A stretch of DNA of 64,000 nt from a plasmid, in sequence record NZ_CP088228.1. One strand, 5' to 3'. The notes beneath the pieces are model-generated. The model saw only the letters and a list, made by a program, of their open reading frames with translations. It did not search any database and was not told the origin of the DNA. Every line of letters starts with the position of its first letter. The first letter of the stretch is position 1. This document shows positions 26,835 through 37,364 of the stretch, piece by piece. Both the position numbers and the translations under genes were made by a program.

Positions 26835-28313
26835 ATGTTGCTGTCCTCGACGCGTAAGGACTGGCTGGGTAACGTCCGTGGAGACGTCCTCGCCGGTATT
26901 GTTGTCGCGCTCGCGCTTATCCCTGAAGCGATCGCCTTTTCCATCATCGCTGGTGTTGACCCGCAAGTTGGGCTCTACTCTGCGTTTTGTATCCCGCTGA
27001 TAATCGCCATCTGTGGTGGTCGTCCAGGGATGATATCTTCGTCAACCGGTGCTATGGCATTGCTGATGGTCACCCTAGTGAAGGACCACGGCTTGCAGTA
27101 TTTACTGGCAGCCACCGTTCTTACAGGTGTGATTCAGCTTATTGCGGGCTATCTGAAGCTTGGAAGCCTGATGCGCTATGTTTCCCGCTCGGTAGTTACC
27201 GGTTTTGTTAATGCGCTGGCGATCCTCATTTTCATGGCGCAGTTGCCGGAGTTGACCAACGTCACCTGGCACGTTTACGCCCTGACGGCGGCCGGTCTAG
27301 GCATTATTTATCTGTTCCCGTACCTCAATAAAACCATCCCCTCGCCGCTGGTCTGCATCGTCGTGCTGACCGGGATCTCCATGTGGCTGCATCTGGACGT
27401 ACGCACTGTCGGCGACATGGGTAAGTTGCCGGACAGCCTGCCAGTATTTCTGTTACCCGATGTACCTCTCAATCTCGATACCCTATTAATCATTCTGCCT
27501 TATTCCGCCGGCCTTGCCGTGGTGGGGCTGCTTGAGTCAATGATGACCGCGACTATTGTGGATGACATGACCGATACACCGAGCGACAAGAACCGGGAAT
27601 GCAAAGCACAGGGTATCGCCAACATTGGCGCCGCATTTATTGGCGGTATGGCTGGGTGCGCGATGATCGGTCAGTCGGTGATCAACGTGAAATCTGGGGG
27701 GCGTGGCCGCCTCTCCGCACTCACTGCGGGCGTTGTCCTGCTTTGTATGGTGGTTTTCCTGCGTGACTGGGTCTCACAAATCCCAATGGCGGCCCTGGTC
27801 GCGGTCATGATCATGGTCTCTATCGGTACCTTCTCCTGGGGGTCGATCGCTAACTTACGCAGCCATCCACTGTCAACCAGTGTCGTCATGCTGGCCACCG
27901 TGGTGGTAGTGGTCGCCACGCATAATCTGGCGTATGGCGTCTTAACCGGCGTTCTGATTGCCTCATTGAACTTTGCCACCAAAGTGGCCCGTTTTATGGC
28001 GGTGTCGTCCGAACTTAAAGCGTCAACGCGGATCTACACCGTAGCCGGTCAGGTGTTCTTTGCTTCTGCCGATCGGTTCATGAGCCACTTCGATTTTCGC
28101 GAAGCGGTGGAGCACGTAGTCATTGACGTCTCACATGCCCATTTCTGGGATATTACGTCGGTCAGCGCACTCGACAGGGTGGTTATTAAGTTCCGCCGTG
28201 AAGGCACGAACGTGGAAATCCGTGGAATGAATCAGGCTACCCGCACAATTGTTGACCGCTTCGGGGTGCATGACAAACCTGAAGAAGTGGAAAAATTAAT
28301 GGGCGGCCATTAA
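26835..28313 (+). CDS. SulP-family anion transporter with C-terminal STAS domain (492 aa)
   Basis: Multiple TM segments, SulP-like N-terminus, C-terminal STAS-like region. Confidence 0.75.
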   Translation: MLLSSTRKDWLGNVRGDVLAGIVVALALIPEAIAFSIIAGVDPQVGLYSAFCIPLIIAICGGRPGMISSSTGAMALLMVTLVKDHGLQYLLAATVLTGVIQLIAGYLKLGSLMRYVSRSVVTGFVNALAILIFMAQLPELTNVTWHVYALTAAGLGIIYLFPYLNKTIPSPLVCIVVLTGISMWLHLDVRTVGDMGKLPDSLPVFLLPDVPLNLDTLLIILPYSAGLAVVGLLESMMTATIVDDMTDTPSDKNRECKAQGIANIGAAFIGGMAGCAMIGQSVINVKSGGRGRLSALTAGVVLLCMVVFLRDWVSQIPMAALVAVMIMVSIGTFSWGSIANLRSHPLSTSVVMLATVVVVVATHNLAYGVLTGVLIASLNFATKVARFMAVSSELKASTRIYTVAGQVFFASADRFMSHFDFREAVEHVVIDVSHAHFWDITSVSALDRVVIKFRREGTNVEIRGMNQATRTIVDRFGVHDKPEEVEKLMGGH

Positions 28314-28330
28314 CAGTCAGGAGAACAGAG

Positions 28331-29158
28331 ATGAACAATACCGTTATTGCCTGCGTTGACGGCTCACCGTCTACCCGACCTGTGTGCGAATACGCGGCCT
28401 GGGCCGCCAATCTGCTGGATGCGCCGCTGTCCCTGCTGCACGTACTGGAGAAAGACGTACATCCTGCCGTGTCAGATTTGACCGGAAGTATCGGCATTGA
28501 TAGCCAGGCGCATCTCACCGAAGAGTTGGTGAAAGTTGAAGGAGAGCGTAACCGATTATTAATGGCACAGGGCAAAGCCATACTGGCTAGCTGTGCGAAG
28601 TTGCTGAATGATGCTGGTCATGCTGATGTTCAATTACTGCAAAAACATGGCGCGTTGGATGAAATCCTGGCTGATTTAGGGGATGTTCGCCTGATGGTGC
28701 TGGGCCGCCGTGGAACGCAGAACCCGGTTGGCAGCCACCTGGAAAGCATTATTCGCCTGCAGAAAAAACCGGTACTTATCGTGCCGGAGGCTTATTCTCC
28801 ACCATCCAAAGTTATGTTCGCCTATGATGGCAGCGATGAGAGTCGCAAAAACCTGACGCGCCTGACACTTAGCCCGCTACTCAATGGCCTGGTTTGCCAC
28901 CTCGTGATGGTTAAGGGGGATACACGAGCCTTGCAGGAAGCACAGAGTGTGCTGCAAGCAGCTGGCATCGCGACCGAAAGCCACCTACTGGAAGGTACAT
29001 CCGTTGCTGAGGCGCTCTGCCGTCACGCTAATGAAAACGACATTAACCTGATTGTGATGGGTGCCTATGGCCATTCGCCATTGCGGCGATTCTTTATCGG
29101 CAGCAACACCACCGCCATGTTGGAAAAAACACAAATCCCACTCTTAATGCTGAGGTGA
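28331..29158 (+). CDS. Tandem-domain universal stress protein (UspA family, 275 aa)
   Basis: Two Usp-like halves (...VIACVDGS... and ...VLIVPEAYSPP...GAYGHSPLRRFFIGSNT...). Confidence 0.7.
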   Translation: MNNTVIACVDGSPSTRPVCEYAAWAANLLDAPLSLLHVLEKDVHPAVSDLTGSIGIDSQAHLTEELVKVEGERNRLLMAQGKAILASCAKLLNDAGHADVQLLQKHGALDEILADLGDVRLMVLGRRGTQNPVGSHLESIIRLQKKPVLIVPEAYSPPSKVMFAYDGSDESRKNLTRLTLSPLLNGLVCHLVMVKGDTRALQEAQSVLQAAGIATESHLLEGTSVAEALCRHANENDINLIVMGAYGHSPLRRFFIGSNTTAMLEKTQIPLLMLR

Positions 29159-29162
29159 TTAT

Positions 29163-29186
29163 TGTCCCCGGAAATAACTCCGGGGA
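29163..29186 (+). terminator. Stem-loop after uspA
   Basis: gtccccggaaataactccggggac. Confidence 0.5.
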
Positions 29187-29218
29187 CAAATAAATACATT
29201 CAATTTACTGGAGTGAAC

Positions 29219-29968
29219 ATGAAACATGAAATTGCGGTGAGTGTAATAATCCCCGTTTACAACGCAGAAAAAACCATCAAATCCTTGATCGAAGATATCT
29301 TATTAGAAGACAGGATCAACATTGAAGTTATTATCGTTAACGATGGTTCCTCAGACAACACGTCAACGATAATTAACTCCATAAAGGATGGCAGAGTTCA
29401 AGTTATTGAACAAAATAATAAAGGTGTATACGCGGCCAGAAATAATGGATTAGACAAGCATAAAGGCCAGTGGGTCATGTTTCTGGATGCCGATGACGAT
29501 GTGTCTGAAGGATTCATTTATAACAGGTACATCCAGGCTTCCAGCCATAATGCCGATGTGCTTTTGTCCAATGCCTGGAAGCTTTGGCATGAAAGCGATA
29601 ATAAAAAACCTGTACATACCAACCAACCTTATGATGAAATTTTATCCGGCAATGCGTGGGTAAGTCACGCAGTAAAAGTCAGGGAATGGCCACATTACCT
29701 TTGGTTACAGATAGTTAGATCTGACTATATCAGGAATAACAATCTGTCATTTCATGATGGCCGGAGTCATAAAGATATTTTATGGACGATGGAATTGGCG
29801 TTGGCAAATGGGCGTTTCTACATATCAAAAGATATGGACTACACCTACAAGTACAATAATGAATCCATCACAAATCGCGGTGATTATTTCGACGTCAGAG
29901 CAGAATGCTATATTGATGTAATATCTAAAACCATCGGCCACGCAAAGTCGAAAAAAATAATGATTTGA
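29219..29968 (+). CDS. Family 2 glycosyltransferase (GT2), low-GC
   Basis: VSVIIPVYNAEKTI...IIVNDGSSDNT...DADD GT2 signature; ATG 29219 with ggagtg RBS; local GC much lower than surroundings. Confidence 0.75.
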   Translation: MKHEIAVSVIIPVYNAEKTIKSLIEDILLEDRINIEVIIVNDGSSDNTSTIINSIKDGRVQVIEQNNKGVYAARNNGLDKHKGQWVMFLDADDDVSEGFIYNRYIQASSHNADVLLSNAWKLWHESDNKKPVHTNQPYDEILSGNAWVSHAVKVREWPHYLWLQIVRSDYIRNNNLSFHDGRSHKDILWTMELALANGRFYISKDMDYTYKYNNESITNRGDYFDVRAECYIDVISKTIGHAKSKKIMI

Positions 29969-30493
29969 GCGTATCGCTGTTTAGGCATGCCCTATATGAG
30001 GCCAGACACTTCCTTGGTTTATATAGAAAAAAGGTGAGGGGCAAATAAAAAATAAGGAGGTTATTTGTTAAAAAAATAGCATATAGAGATTTAGTAAAAG
30101 GTGTATATAGCCTTAGTGATATTTTCTTTTTACTAAAAGTTTTCGTAAAAACAAAAAAATTCACTGATGCTAGCCCGAAATTAAAATGGATAATTATATT
30201 TCTATTGGCTTAACATGGGGAATACTTATCTCGCTGCGAATGCCGTAGTTAATCCAGCGATACGTGACTGACGGTGAGTAATTGGTAGCATTATATCTTT
30301 CATTTTACCCTCCCATTACTGGGGATCCCTCAGTAATAGGTGGTCTTTCGTCTCCGCTTCCTTGGTATATGCAAACTTGATACGGGCACGATGAGCTATC
30401 AACATACTCGTGAGGTAGTATTGGTGATTTTTTAGCTATCACCATAGACCCGTGAAGCAATCTGTACGAAAAACAGGCTTAGCGTAGGATATT

Positions 30494-31820
30494 TAATGAG
30501 ATGGTCACTCCCTCCTTCCCGGTACTATGCTGAGGACAGGCTTTCATTCGGAGAACTATCATGGAAAACATTGCGCTCATTGGTATCGATCTGGGTAAAA
30601 ACTCTTTCCATATTCATTGCCAGGATCGTCGCGGGAAGGCTGTTTACCGTAAAAAATTTACCCGGCCAAAGTTGATCGAATTTTTGGCGACATGCCCCGC
30701 TACAACCATCGCAATGGAAGCCTGTGGCGGTTCTCACTTTATGGCACGCAAGTTGGAAGAGTTGGGGCATTCCCCAAAGCTGATATCACCACAATTTGTC
30801 CGCCCGTTCGTTAAAAGCAATAAAAACGACTTTGTCGACGCCGAAGCTATTTGTGAAGCTGCATCGCGTCCGTCTATGCGTTTTGTGCAGCCCAGAACGG
30901 AATCTCAGCAGGCAATGCGGGCTCTGCATCGTGTCCGTGAATCCCTGGTTCAGGATAAGGTAAAAACAACCAATCAAATGCATGCTTTTCTGCTGGAATT
31001 TGGCATTAGCGTTCCCCGAGGAGCTGCCGTTATTAGCCGACTGAGTACCATTCTTGAGGATAATAGTTTGCCTCTTTACCTCAGCCAGTTATTGCTGAAA
31101 TTACAACAGCATTATCACTATCTTGTTGAGCAGATTAAAGATTTGGAATCCCAGTTGAAACGAAAGTTGGACGAAGATGAGGTTGGACAGCGCTTGCTGA
31201 GCATTCCCTGCGTCGGAACACTGACAGCGAGTACTATTTCAACTGAGATTGGCGACGGGAAGCAGTACGCCAGCAGCCGTGACTTTGCGGCGGCAACAGG
31301 GCTTGTACCTCGGCAGTACAGCACGGGAGGTAGGACGACATTGCTGGGAATTAGTAAGCGAGGTAATAAAAAGATCCGAACTTTGTTGGTTCAATGTGCC
31401 AGGGTATTCATACAAAAACTGGAACACCAGTCTGGCAAATTGGCCGATTGGGTCAGGGATTTACTGTGCCGGAAAAGCAACTTTGTCGTCACTTGTGCTC
31501 TGGCAAACAAGCTGGCCAGAATAGCCTGGGCCCTAACGGCACGACAGCAAACTTATGTAGCATAACGGCAGAAATACACCGGTTTAAAGAATTACTGATC
31601 TGGTTTTGCGAATACTGATATTGATGATACTAACGGCCCACCGGCCTGTTGAGGAACCTGTAAAACGGAAAGGCTCATTGAAGCCGTATATTTTCTGGAG
31701 GTTCATCAGGCGCGGAACTCATCAAGGCGCGGGAATAAAATCCCATTCAGACGCCGGATAGATTCAAGCAAGCCAACTTGTCGTCAAAATCGGTGTTGCA
31801 AAAACGGGAGTGACCATAGA
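30494..31820 (+). mobile_element. IS5075/IS4321-like IS110-family element (second, inverted copy)
   Basis: Identical to 21410-22736 in opposite orientation, inserted in the other transposon IR. Confidence 0.8.
30561..31565 (+). CDS. IS110-family transposase (334 aa)
   Basis: Identical protein to 21665-22669. Confidence 0.85.
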   Translation: MENIALIGIDLGKNSFHIHCQDRRGKAVYRKKFTRPKLIEFLATCPATTIAMEACGGSHFMARKLEELGHSPKLISPQFVRPFVKSNKNDFVDAEAICEAASRPSMRFVQPRTESQQAMRALHRVRESLVQDKVKTTNQMHAFLLEFGISVPRGAAVISRLSTILEDNSLPLYLSQLLLKLQQHYHYLVEQIKDLESQLKRKLDEDEVGQRLLSIPCVGTLTASTISTEIGDGKQYASSRDFAAATGLVPRQYSTGGRTTLLGISKRGNKKIRTLLVQCARVFIQKLEHQSGKLADWVRDLLCRKSNFVVTCALANKLARIAWALTARQQTYVA

Positions 31821-31847
31821 TTCCGTTTTCCAAGCGGACCCCAGACA

Positions 31848-32630
31848 ATGAAAGCAAAAAAATTAGCCGCATTAATAGTTACAACATACATTAGCTTTAG
31901 TTCAACGGCACACGCTTCAGCACCTCAGCCGGTATTCAGCCCGGAACAGGAAGCTCGTATCGGCGAAATCGCTGCCGACTATCTGGTATCTCACCCGGAG
32001 ATTCTGGTGACCGTCAGTAATAAGCTGCAGGAACAGCAGGAAACACGTAAGCAGAAGATGTTTGCACTCAACGTCATGGAGAATCAGGCGAACCTTCTGC
32101 ATGATCCGGACACCCCGGCTTACGGGCCTGATACTGCAAAGGTCGCGGTGATTGAATTCTTTGATTACCAGTGCGTGTTCTGCAGCCGCTTCGCGCCGGA
32201 ACTGGAGAAGGTCATGAAAGCGCAGCCGGACGTCCGCTACCTCTTTAAGGAGTGGCCAATATTTGGTGGTCGCTGGGAAGCTTCACTTCAGGCTGCACAG
32301 CAGGGGCTGACGGTCTGGCAACAGAAAGGGCCGCAGGCCTATGTCACCTATCACAATGCCATCTACGCCACCGGCCATAATGAAGGCAAGCTGACGGCAG
32401 AGGATATACTCGCGGCAGCGTCAAAGGCAGGGCTGGCCGCCTCTGTGCCGGGCGACCATACCGCGTCCCTTGAGAAAAACAGTAACCTGGCAGAGGAACT
32501 GGGGCTCACCGGAACGCCGGGGATCGTCGTCATGCCCGTTAGCGGGGCGACTCCCGACACCATCACGGTTTTCCCGGAAGCCGTAACCGCTGACAGACTA
32601 CAGGCCGCGATAAGAAAAGCCTCCCGGTGA
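31848..32630 (+). CDS. DsbA/DsbG-like periplasmic thiol:disulfide oxidoreductase (260 aa)
   Basis: Signal peptide, thioredoxin-fold CXXC (FDYQCVFCSRF). Confidence 0.7.
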   Translation: MKAKKLAALIVTTYISFSSTAHASAPQPVFSPEQEARIGEIAADYLVSHPEILVTVSNKLQEQQETRKQKMFALNVMENQANLLHDPDTPAYGPDTAKVAVIEFFDYQCVFCSRFAPELEKVMKAQPDVRYLFKEWPIFGGRWEASLQAAQQGLTVWQQKGPQAYVTYHNAIYATGHNEGKLTAEDILAAASKAGLAASVPGDHTASLEKNSNLAEELGLTGTPGIVVMPVSGATPDTITVFPEAVTADRLQAAIRKASR

Positions 32631-32766
32631 CAATGACCCTCACTCGTATTTTCAGCGGAATGGCTTCGTGATGCCGTGTTGAGCGCAGTCAAATCATAAG
32701 GGTCAAATTGCAGTTGGACTAAATTTAGGCTATATTAAGTCCTGATTTAACGACAAGGCTCCCACA

Positions 32767-32994
32767 ATGAAAGTTGAAACAATCTCTTTCGTCAAAAAAA
32801 ATGCAGCATCCCTGGACCTCTCGGAACCGATTCTGGTTACCCAGAATGGTGTACCAGCTTACGTTATTGAGTCCTATGACCAGCAACAGGAGCGGGAAAA
32901 TGCCATAGCACTTCTTAAACTGCTGACGCTATCTGAACAGGACAGAGCGGAAGGAAAAGTGCTTACCAGAGGTCAGTTGCTTGAGGGATTGTAA
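32767..32994 (+). CDS. Type II antitoxin (RelB/ParD/Phd-like, 75 aa)
   Basis: Small ORF directly upstream of ParE/RelE-like toxin. Confidence 0.55.
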   Translation: MKVETISFVKKNAASLDLSEPILVTQNGVPAYVIESYDQQQERENAIALLKLLTLSEQDRAEGKVLTRGQLLEGL

Positions 32995-33020
32995 GGACGC
33001 TTTCCGCTTAAGGTGAAAAA

Positions 33021-33356
33021 ATGGAAAAAAAAGTCGTTAAAATTGAATACACGGAAACAGTGAAAATTTGCCTGTCAGAGATCGCATCTCACCTTACACA
33101 TTCAGACGTTGTCCCTGCTCCCGTCCTGGCCGAAATACTGGATCAGTATGAGCAGCGCGTGAGTCTCTACCCCTATGGCTGTCAGAGTTGTCCGGAACTG
33201 CTTAAAATGGGTGTCTCAAAATATCGTGAATGTAATACGGCAAACGGATACCGCGTCATTTACTCTGCAGAAGATTCTGTCGTCACGACACACGCGATAC
33301 TTGCGCACAAACAGGATATTAAGCAACTCTTGTTCAGACGCCTTATCAAGGCCTGA
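33021..33356 (+). CDS. ParE/RelE-family toxin (111 aa)
   Basis: Size, pairing and sequence character of plasmid-stabilisation ParE/RelE proteins. Confidence 0.55.
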   Translation: MEKKVVKIEYTETVKICLSEIASHLTHSDVVPAPVLAEILDQYEQRVSLYPYGCQSCPELLKMGVSKYRECNTANGYRVIYSAEDSVVTTHAILAHKQDIKQLLFRRLIKA

Positions 33357-33458
33357 TAAATAATCAGCATCCCGTATGCAGTCTCTTATTCAAAGTGATG
33401 GCCGGCGGATTTGCCAGCAGGCTGACACTGCTTGCCTGGCCGGCCGCAGGGCCTTTCA

Positions 33459-33692
33459 TTATGAGAGTACGAATCGGAGAACCAGCGTAGCCAGATACAG
33501 CTGACACAGGAGCTGGAACATTCTCCATCCCCATATGACATATCGCCATTTGCGTTTCTCCCTGGCATCGGCTTCTGCAATAGCCGTGTTGGCGCTGTTT
33601 TTTTTCCACCACTCTCTGTACATGCTGCAGAACAACCAGAGCCACAGAGCAAGCAATAATGTCATAATCATTTTTTCAAACACAATGTCCAT
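33459..33692 (-). CDS. Small hypothetical membrane protein
   Basis: Hydrophobic ORF MDIVFEKMIMTLLLALWLWLF...; start uncertain. Confidence 0.3.
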   Translation of the reverse strand: MDIVFEKMIMTLLLALWLWLFCSMYREWWKKNSANTAIAEADAREKRKWRYVIWGWRMFQLLCQLYLATLVLRFVLS

Positions 33693-34123
33693 AACGTTGT
33701 GTCCTGTAATTGCATAGCGTCTCCTTTCTCGGCATTCACAGGAAAGACTAGCATAAAGCATTCAGATAACCGGGGCGAAAGGAAAAGGGACGTGGGAAAG
33801 GACGGGATACTGCGTGGTGGCTAAACGAATGCTGACGTATACACGCCGGACGGGTTCAGGAACCACTCAGGATAAGCACTGACGAGGCATGGCCAAACCA
33901 GCTTCTGGAAAAGGGCTCCGGACAAACAGAGCTTTCCGGCACTATCTGCGTGACAACAGTAAAACCAGTTCATGCAAATAATACGCTGCATCGCGGCAGA
34001 TATCGGGATGCAGCAGGAATGTCAGCACAATCAGGATAATCTCCAGGATCATCATCTTTTTCATTTGTCTTTCAGCAGTCCGGGATCACGGAGACCGGTA
34101 TGATCTGCCAGGTCCGGCAGACG

Positions 34124-34891
34124 CTATTTTTCCGACATTTGCATTTTATCGCGGAAAGTCAGATAGCCTACCAGACTGAGAATGGCTAGCAAAAACAGAA
34201 TACTTGTACCCGTCGCGCCCAGACCAATCCCCCCGTTCCCGGGAGGCTGCGACAGCAAATCACCGCAGGAAGCCCCGAAGGGGCGCGTCAGAATATAGGC
34301 AATCCAGAAACAGAGCACGTTGTTTGCCCTGAACAGATAAAAAGCCGCCGCCGTCAGCCCAATCAGAGCGCCGAACAGTGCTGCGGCATTCAGATAGCCA
34401 AGATCCATGCCTTCCGCCAGCCAGTCACCCGCGGCGGTACCCAGAGAAAAGGTAAAAAGTATGGCCACCCAGTAGAACATCTCGCGTTTACGGGTGGTGA
34501 TACTATGAATTGACAGGGTTTTCTCTTCGTTATGCCAGAGTACGAAAGTCAGGATCAGCAGCGAACCAAACACCCCACTGGATAAAGAAAGAGGTACGCT
34601 GAAATGGTCTGTCAGGTTGTCCGTCAGCAGCGTGCCGAACACACTGATGAGCAGTACCGTCAGCCAGTAAAGCGCCGGCACATAGCGCGTCGCGCGCATC
34701 TGGAATACAAGGACAACCACAAATAAAAAACAGGTCAGCAGGGTGGTGTAAGTCAAGCCCCAGCCGAGATCCATGTTTAAATAATCGGCGAAGGTTTAAC
34801 CTACGGTGGTGGACATCATTTTGATGAGCCAGAAGAAAAAGGTGACTTCCGGCACCTTACTGAGCCCTGTGGTTCTGGAGTGAGTCATCAT
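34124..34891 (-). pseudogene. Membrane protein gene interrupted by in-frame TAA (possible pseudogene)
   Basis: ATGATG at 34891 opens a frame encoding 31 aa, TAA at 34796-34798, then the same frame continues through ATG 34774 for 216 aa of polytopic membrane protein. Confidence 0.5.
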
Positions 34892-35133
34892 TTTGCAGCC
34901 CTGTTCAGCAGTGTGATGAGTTCACTCTACGGACGCCAGATTAGCTCTACCTTAGGAAAGCAGCTTATCTTCTTGGATATGACGATCTCCTGACACAGGC
35001 CTGACGTGTAGCCAGCCAGGGATGACCGCATCGCTCAGGGTTCACAGCAGCAGGAGAAGGATTACGGACCGGTAAGAGGAGGCTCAGGGAGATGGCCACT
35101 CAGGATAATAACGGAGTGAACGGGCGCCCGGAT

Positions 35134-35418
35134 TTATCTGTTCCAGAGCAGATCCAGTATTGCGAGACCTTCGCCCTCATGAAAAAGTGACAGGACAGCC
35201 TTCACTATCATGACGGTAATAATTAATACCAGCAACGGATTCATGTGCATATGGTCACCTGCCAGACGGTCCCTGAGCTGACACAATGTATCAGAAAAGA
35301 GATCCCCCGATCGGCCAGTAAGCACAACGGGATAATCAGAGTCACATTTTGTCTTCATCGTAAATGCGATGACACCCGTCCGTACTGAACCCGGCAGGTT
35401 TATGATGGACGGCTCCAT
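35134..35418 (-). CDS. Small ORF downstream of mcr (possible wbuC-like cupin remnant)
   Basis: 94-aa ORF; identity not established. Confidence 0.3.
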   Translation of the reverse strand: MEPSIINLPGSVRTGVIAFTMKTKCDSDYPVVLTGRSGDLFSDTLCQLRDRLAGDHMHMNPLLVLIITVMIVKAVLSLFHEGEGLAILDLLWNR

Positions 35419-35622
35419 CCGTCAGGATAATGCAGACGGCAGGCATCCGGTATGACGCCAGGTACAGAGATACTACGGGCCCGCGCGCTGGCCGAGAGGC
35501 AACCGGTCATTCTGCCGCCCGAAGGTACCAGAAACGGGGATCCGTTTTGTAAGGTTTATCCACAGGAACCGGGGATAAGGGTGTGGGTAAGCGCGGCGAT
35601 GTATGTCAGACAGGTCGACTCA

Positions 35623-35652
35623 GGTAAAAAAATGCCTGCTTCGGGAGCAGGC
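35623..35652 (-). terminator. Rho-independent terminator of mcr gene
   Basis: Minus strand gcctgctcccgaagcaggcattttttt. Confidence 0.65.
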
Positions 35653-35744
35653 AAACAGGCGCTGACGGCATGCACGCCGTCAGCAAAATTTTATAATTTC
35701 CGGCAGCAGGCTGTTTGTTTCCGGAAATCGACCGAGTATGTAGG

Positions 35745-37364
35745 CTATCCACGACATTCGCGGAACAGGTCGCTTTCCGGAAGATAGGCCCCGGTGGTGA
35801 TGTCCCAGAGCCCCAGTACGGACGCGAAAAGGTTATCGTGGGAATATGTCCTGTTAACGGCATTATGCTGCAGACACGCGGCGTTAATATTTTTAGCAGC
35901 AATGAAGCCTGGCGACATCCAGAGCTGCATCGGGATGTGCGTCTGCTGATCCGGTGCCAGTTTGTAGGGGGTACCGTGCAGATACAGTCCGCTCTCTCCC
36001 AGAGATTCGCCGTGATCGGACACATACAGCAGTACGGTGTTGTACTGTTCGCTGTATTGCTTAAGCTTTTCAATCATCTGCGCTAACACATAGTCGGTGT
36101 GGCGAATGGTATTGTCGTAGGTATTAACCAGCTGTTCCTGCGTGCAGTTTTCGATATCGCTGCGCGCACATTCCGGCATGAAGTGACGATGCTCTGCCGG
36201 ATAACGCTGGTAATAGGTCGGTCCATGGCTGCCAATCATATGGAAGGCGATCAGCTTGTCTCCGGCCATTTTGCCGATTTCGGTATCCAGGTTTTCCAGC
36301 ATAACATCGTCATAGCAGGTTTTACCGTCACACAGTTTTTTACTGATACCGGGATTAATTTCGACAGTCGGGATACGGCTGCATACGCCTTTACACCCGC
36401 CATCGTTTTCTTTCCACAACAGCGAAACCCCCGTTTTCTGCACGATGTCGAGGACATTTTCACTGCCGGCAGCCTTTTTACCATCGTAATCCGTCCGGTT
36501 CATATCCGAGAACATACAGGGCACCGAGACTGCGGTCGCCGTGCCACAGGAACGCATATTCCTGAACGAAATAACGCCATCGATTTTGCTGGTAAAGGCA
36601 TTTGTGTCACGCGGGTAGCCGTTCATGGAGAAATTCTGGCTCCGTGCCGTTTCGCCAATTACCAGGAACATCAGCGTGGGTTTACCATTCCGGGTAACGC
36701 GCCTTGCATCATCCCCCAGCGTCCGGAAAGGCATTTTCGTCGTAAAATAGGTATCCTTCACGTAATGGAAAGTGCTGTACGCATAGTTTGCCGGGATAAT
36801 TTCTTTGTTCAGCGTCGGGTTATTGCGCCCGACAGAAGCATAATCCTGGTAATACAGAGCGGCAACACCTGCAATCAGGATCAGCGAAGCGAGCATGGAA
36901 AGCAGCCGGTGGGCAACCCCTTTGTACCATTTGTCTGCATATTCAATTTTAATCAAAAACAACAGGATAGCCGGAAGAATGCCCATGAAGACCAGCCACA
37001 GCACCAGTGAGCCATTCAGGTAGGCATGCGCTTCCTGTGGGTTTGTTTCCAGTATATTTTCGATCATGGACTGATCAAACATCACTTTATATTTCAGTGT
37101 GGCGTAACTCACCACCGAACCGGTGACCAGCAACAGGGCAAAGAAGGGTTTGAGCAGGTAGCGAACCGAGAAGGGCATAAACACAAAGTTAAGCGCTGCA
37201 ACCAGCACAAACGGAATGGAGATGACGAACCCCGCCCTCACATGTTCAAGACGGCTCAGGATATCGTAGAAATGCAGCAACACCGGCCAGTTAAGTAAGA
37301 ATGCAAAAACGAGTGCCAGAAGTAAAACCAAGGGGATTACCCTCATCCTGAAAAGTACGGGCAT
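35745..37364 (-). CDS. mcr-10: MCR-9/MCR-10-lineage phosphoethanolamine-lipid A transferase (539 aa); xerC adjacency fits the mcr-10 context
   Basis: N-terminus MPVLFRMRVIPLVLLLALVFAFLLNWPVLLHFYDILSRLEHV and full-length EptA/MCR architecture (5 TM + sulfatase domain with conserved Thr/His/Cys); tyrosine recombinase gene immediately upstream. Confidence 0.7.
   Translation of the reverse strand: MPVLFRMRVIPLVLLLALVFAFLLNWPVLLHFYDILSRLEHVRAGFVISIPFVLVAALNFVFMPFSVRYLLKPFFALLLVTGSVVSYATLKYKVMFDQSMIENILETNPQEAHAYLNGSLVLWLVFMGILPAILLFLIKIEYADKWYKGVAHRLLSMLASLILIAGVAALYYQDYASVGRNNPTLNKEIIPANYAYSTFHYVKDTYFTTKMPFRTLGDDARRVTRNGKPTLMFLVIGETARSQNFSMNGYPRDTNAFTSKIDGVISFRNMRSCGTATAVSVPCMFSDMNRTDYDGKKAAGSENVLDIVQKTGVSLLWKENDGGCKGVCSRIPTVEINPGISKKLCDGKTCYDDVMLENLDTEIGKMAGDKLIAFHMIGSHGPTYYQRYPAEHRHFMPECARSDIENCTQEQLVNTYDNTIRHTDYVLAQMIEKLKQYSEQYNTVLLYVSDHGESLGESGLYLHGTPYKLAPDQQTHIPMQLWMSPGFIAAKNINAACLQHNAVNRTYSHDNLFASVLGLWDITTGAYLPESDLFRECRG

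Larger units (their letters stand above)
21388..31842. mobile_element. Tn21-subfamily (Tn3 family) transposon, both 38-bp IRs split by IS5075/IS4321-like elements
   Basis: Outer ends GGGGTCCGCTTGGAAAACGGAA at 21388 and inverted at 31842; inner IR parts ...ATATCCTACGCTAAG at 22737-22752 and inverted at 30478-30493; contains tnpA, tnpR, res and cargo. Confidence 0.8.

Noticed and set aside
26835-28313. Possible sul1-type sulfonamide resistance or integron context
   Set aside because: The gene encodes a SulP-family transporter with a STAS domain, not a dihydropteroate synthase. No intI, attI or attC structures were seen.
35452-35787. 111-aa plus-strand ORF between the small ORF and mcr
   Set aside because: It overlaps the mcr terminator hairpin and the mcr 3' end; composition is not protein-like.
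36099-37010. 303-aa plus-strand ORF antisense to the mcr gene
   Set aside because: It lies on the opposite strand of a full-length, well-conserved transferase gene and has no recognisable domain.
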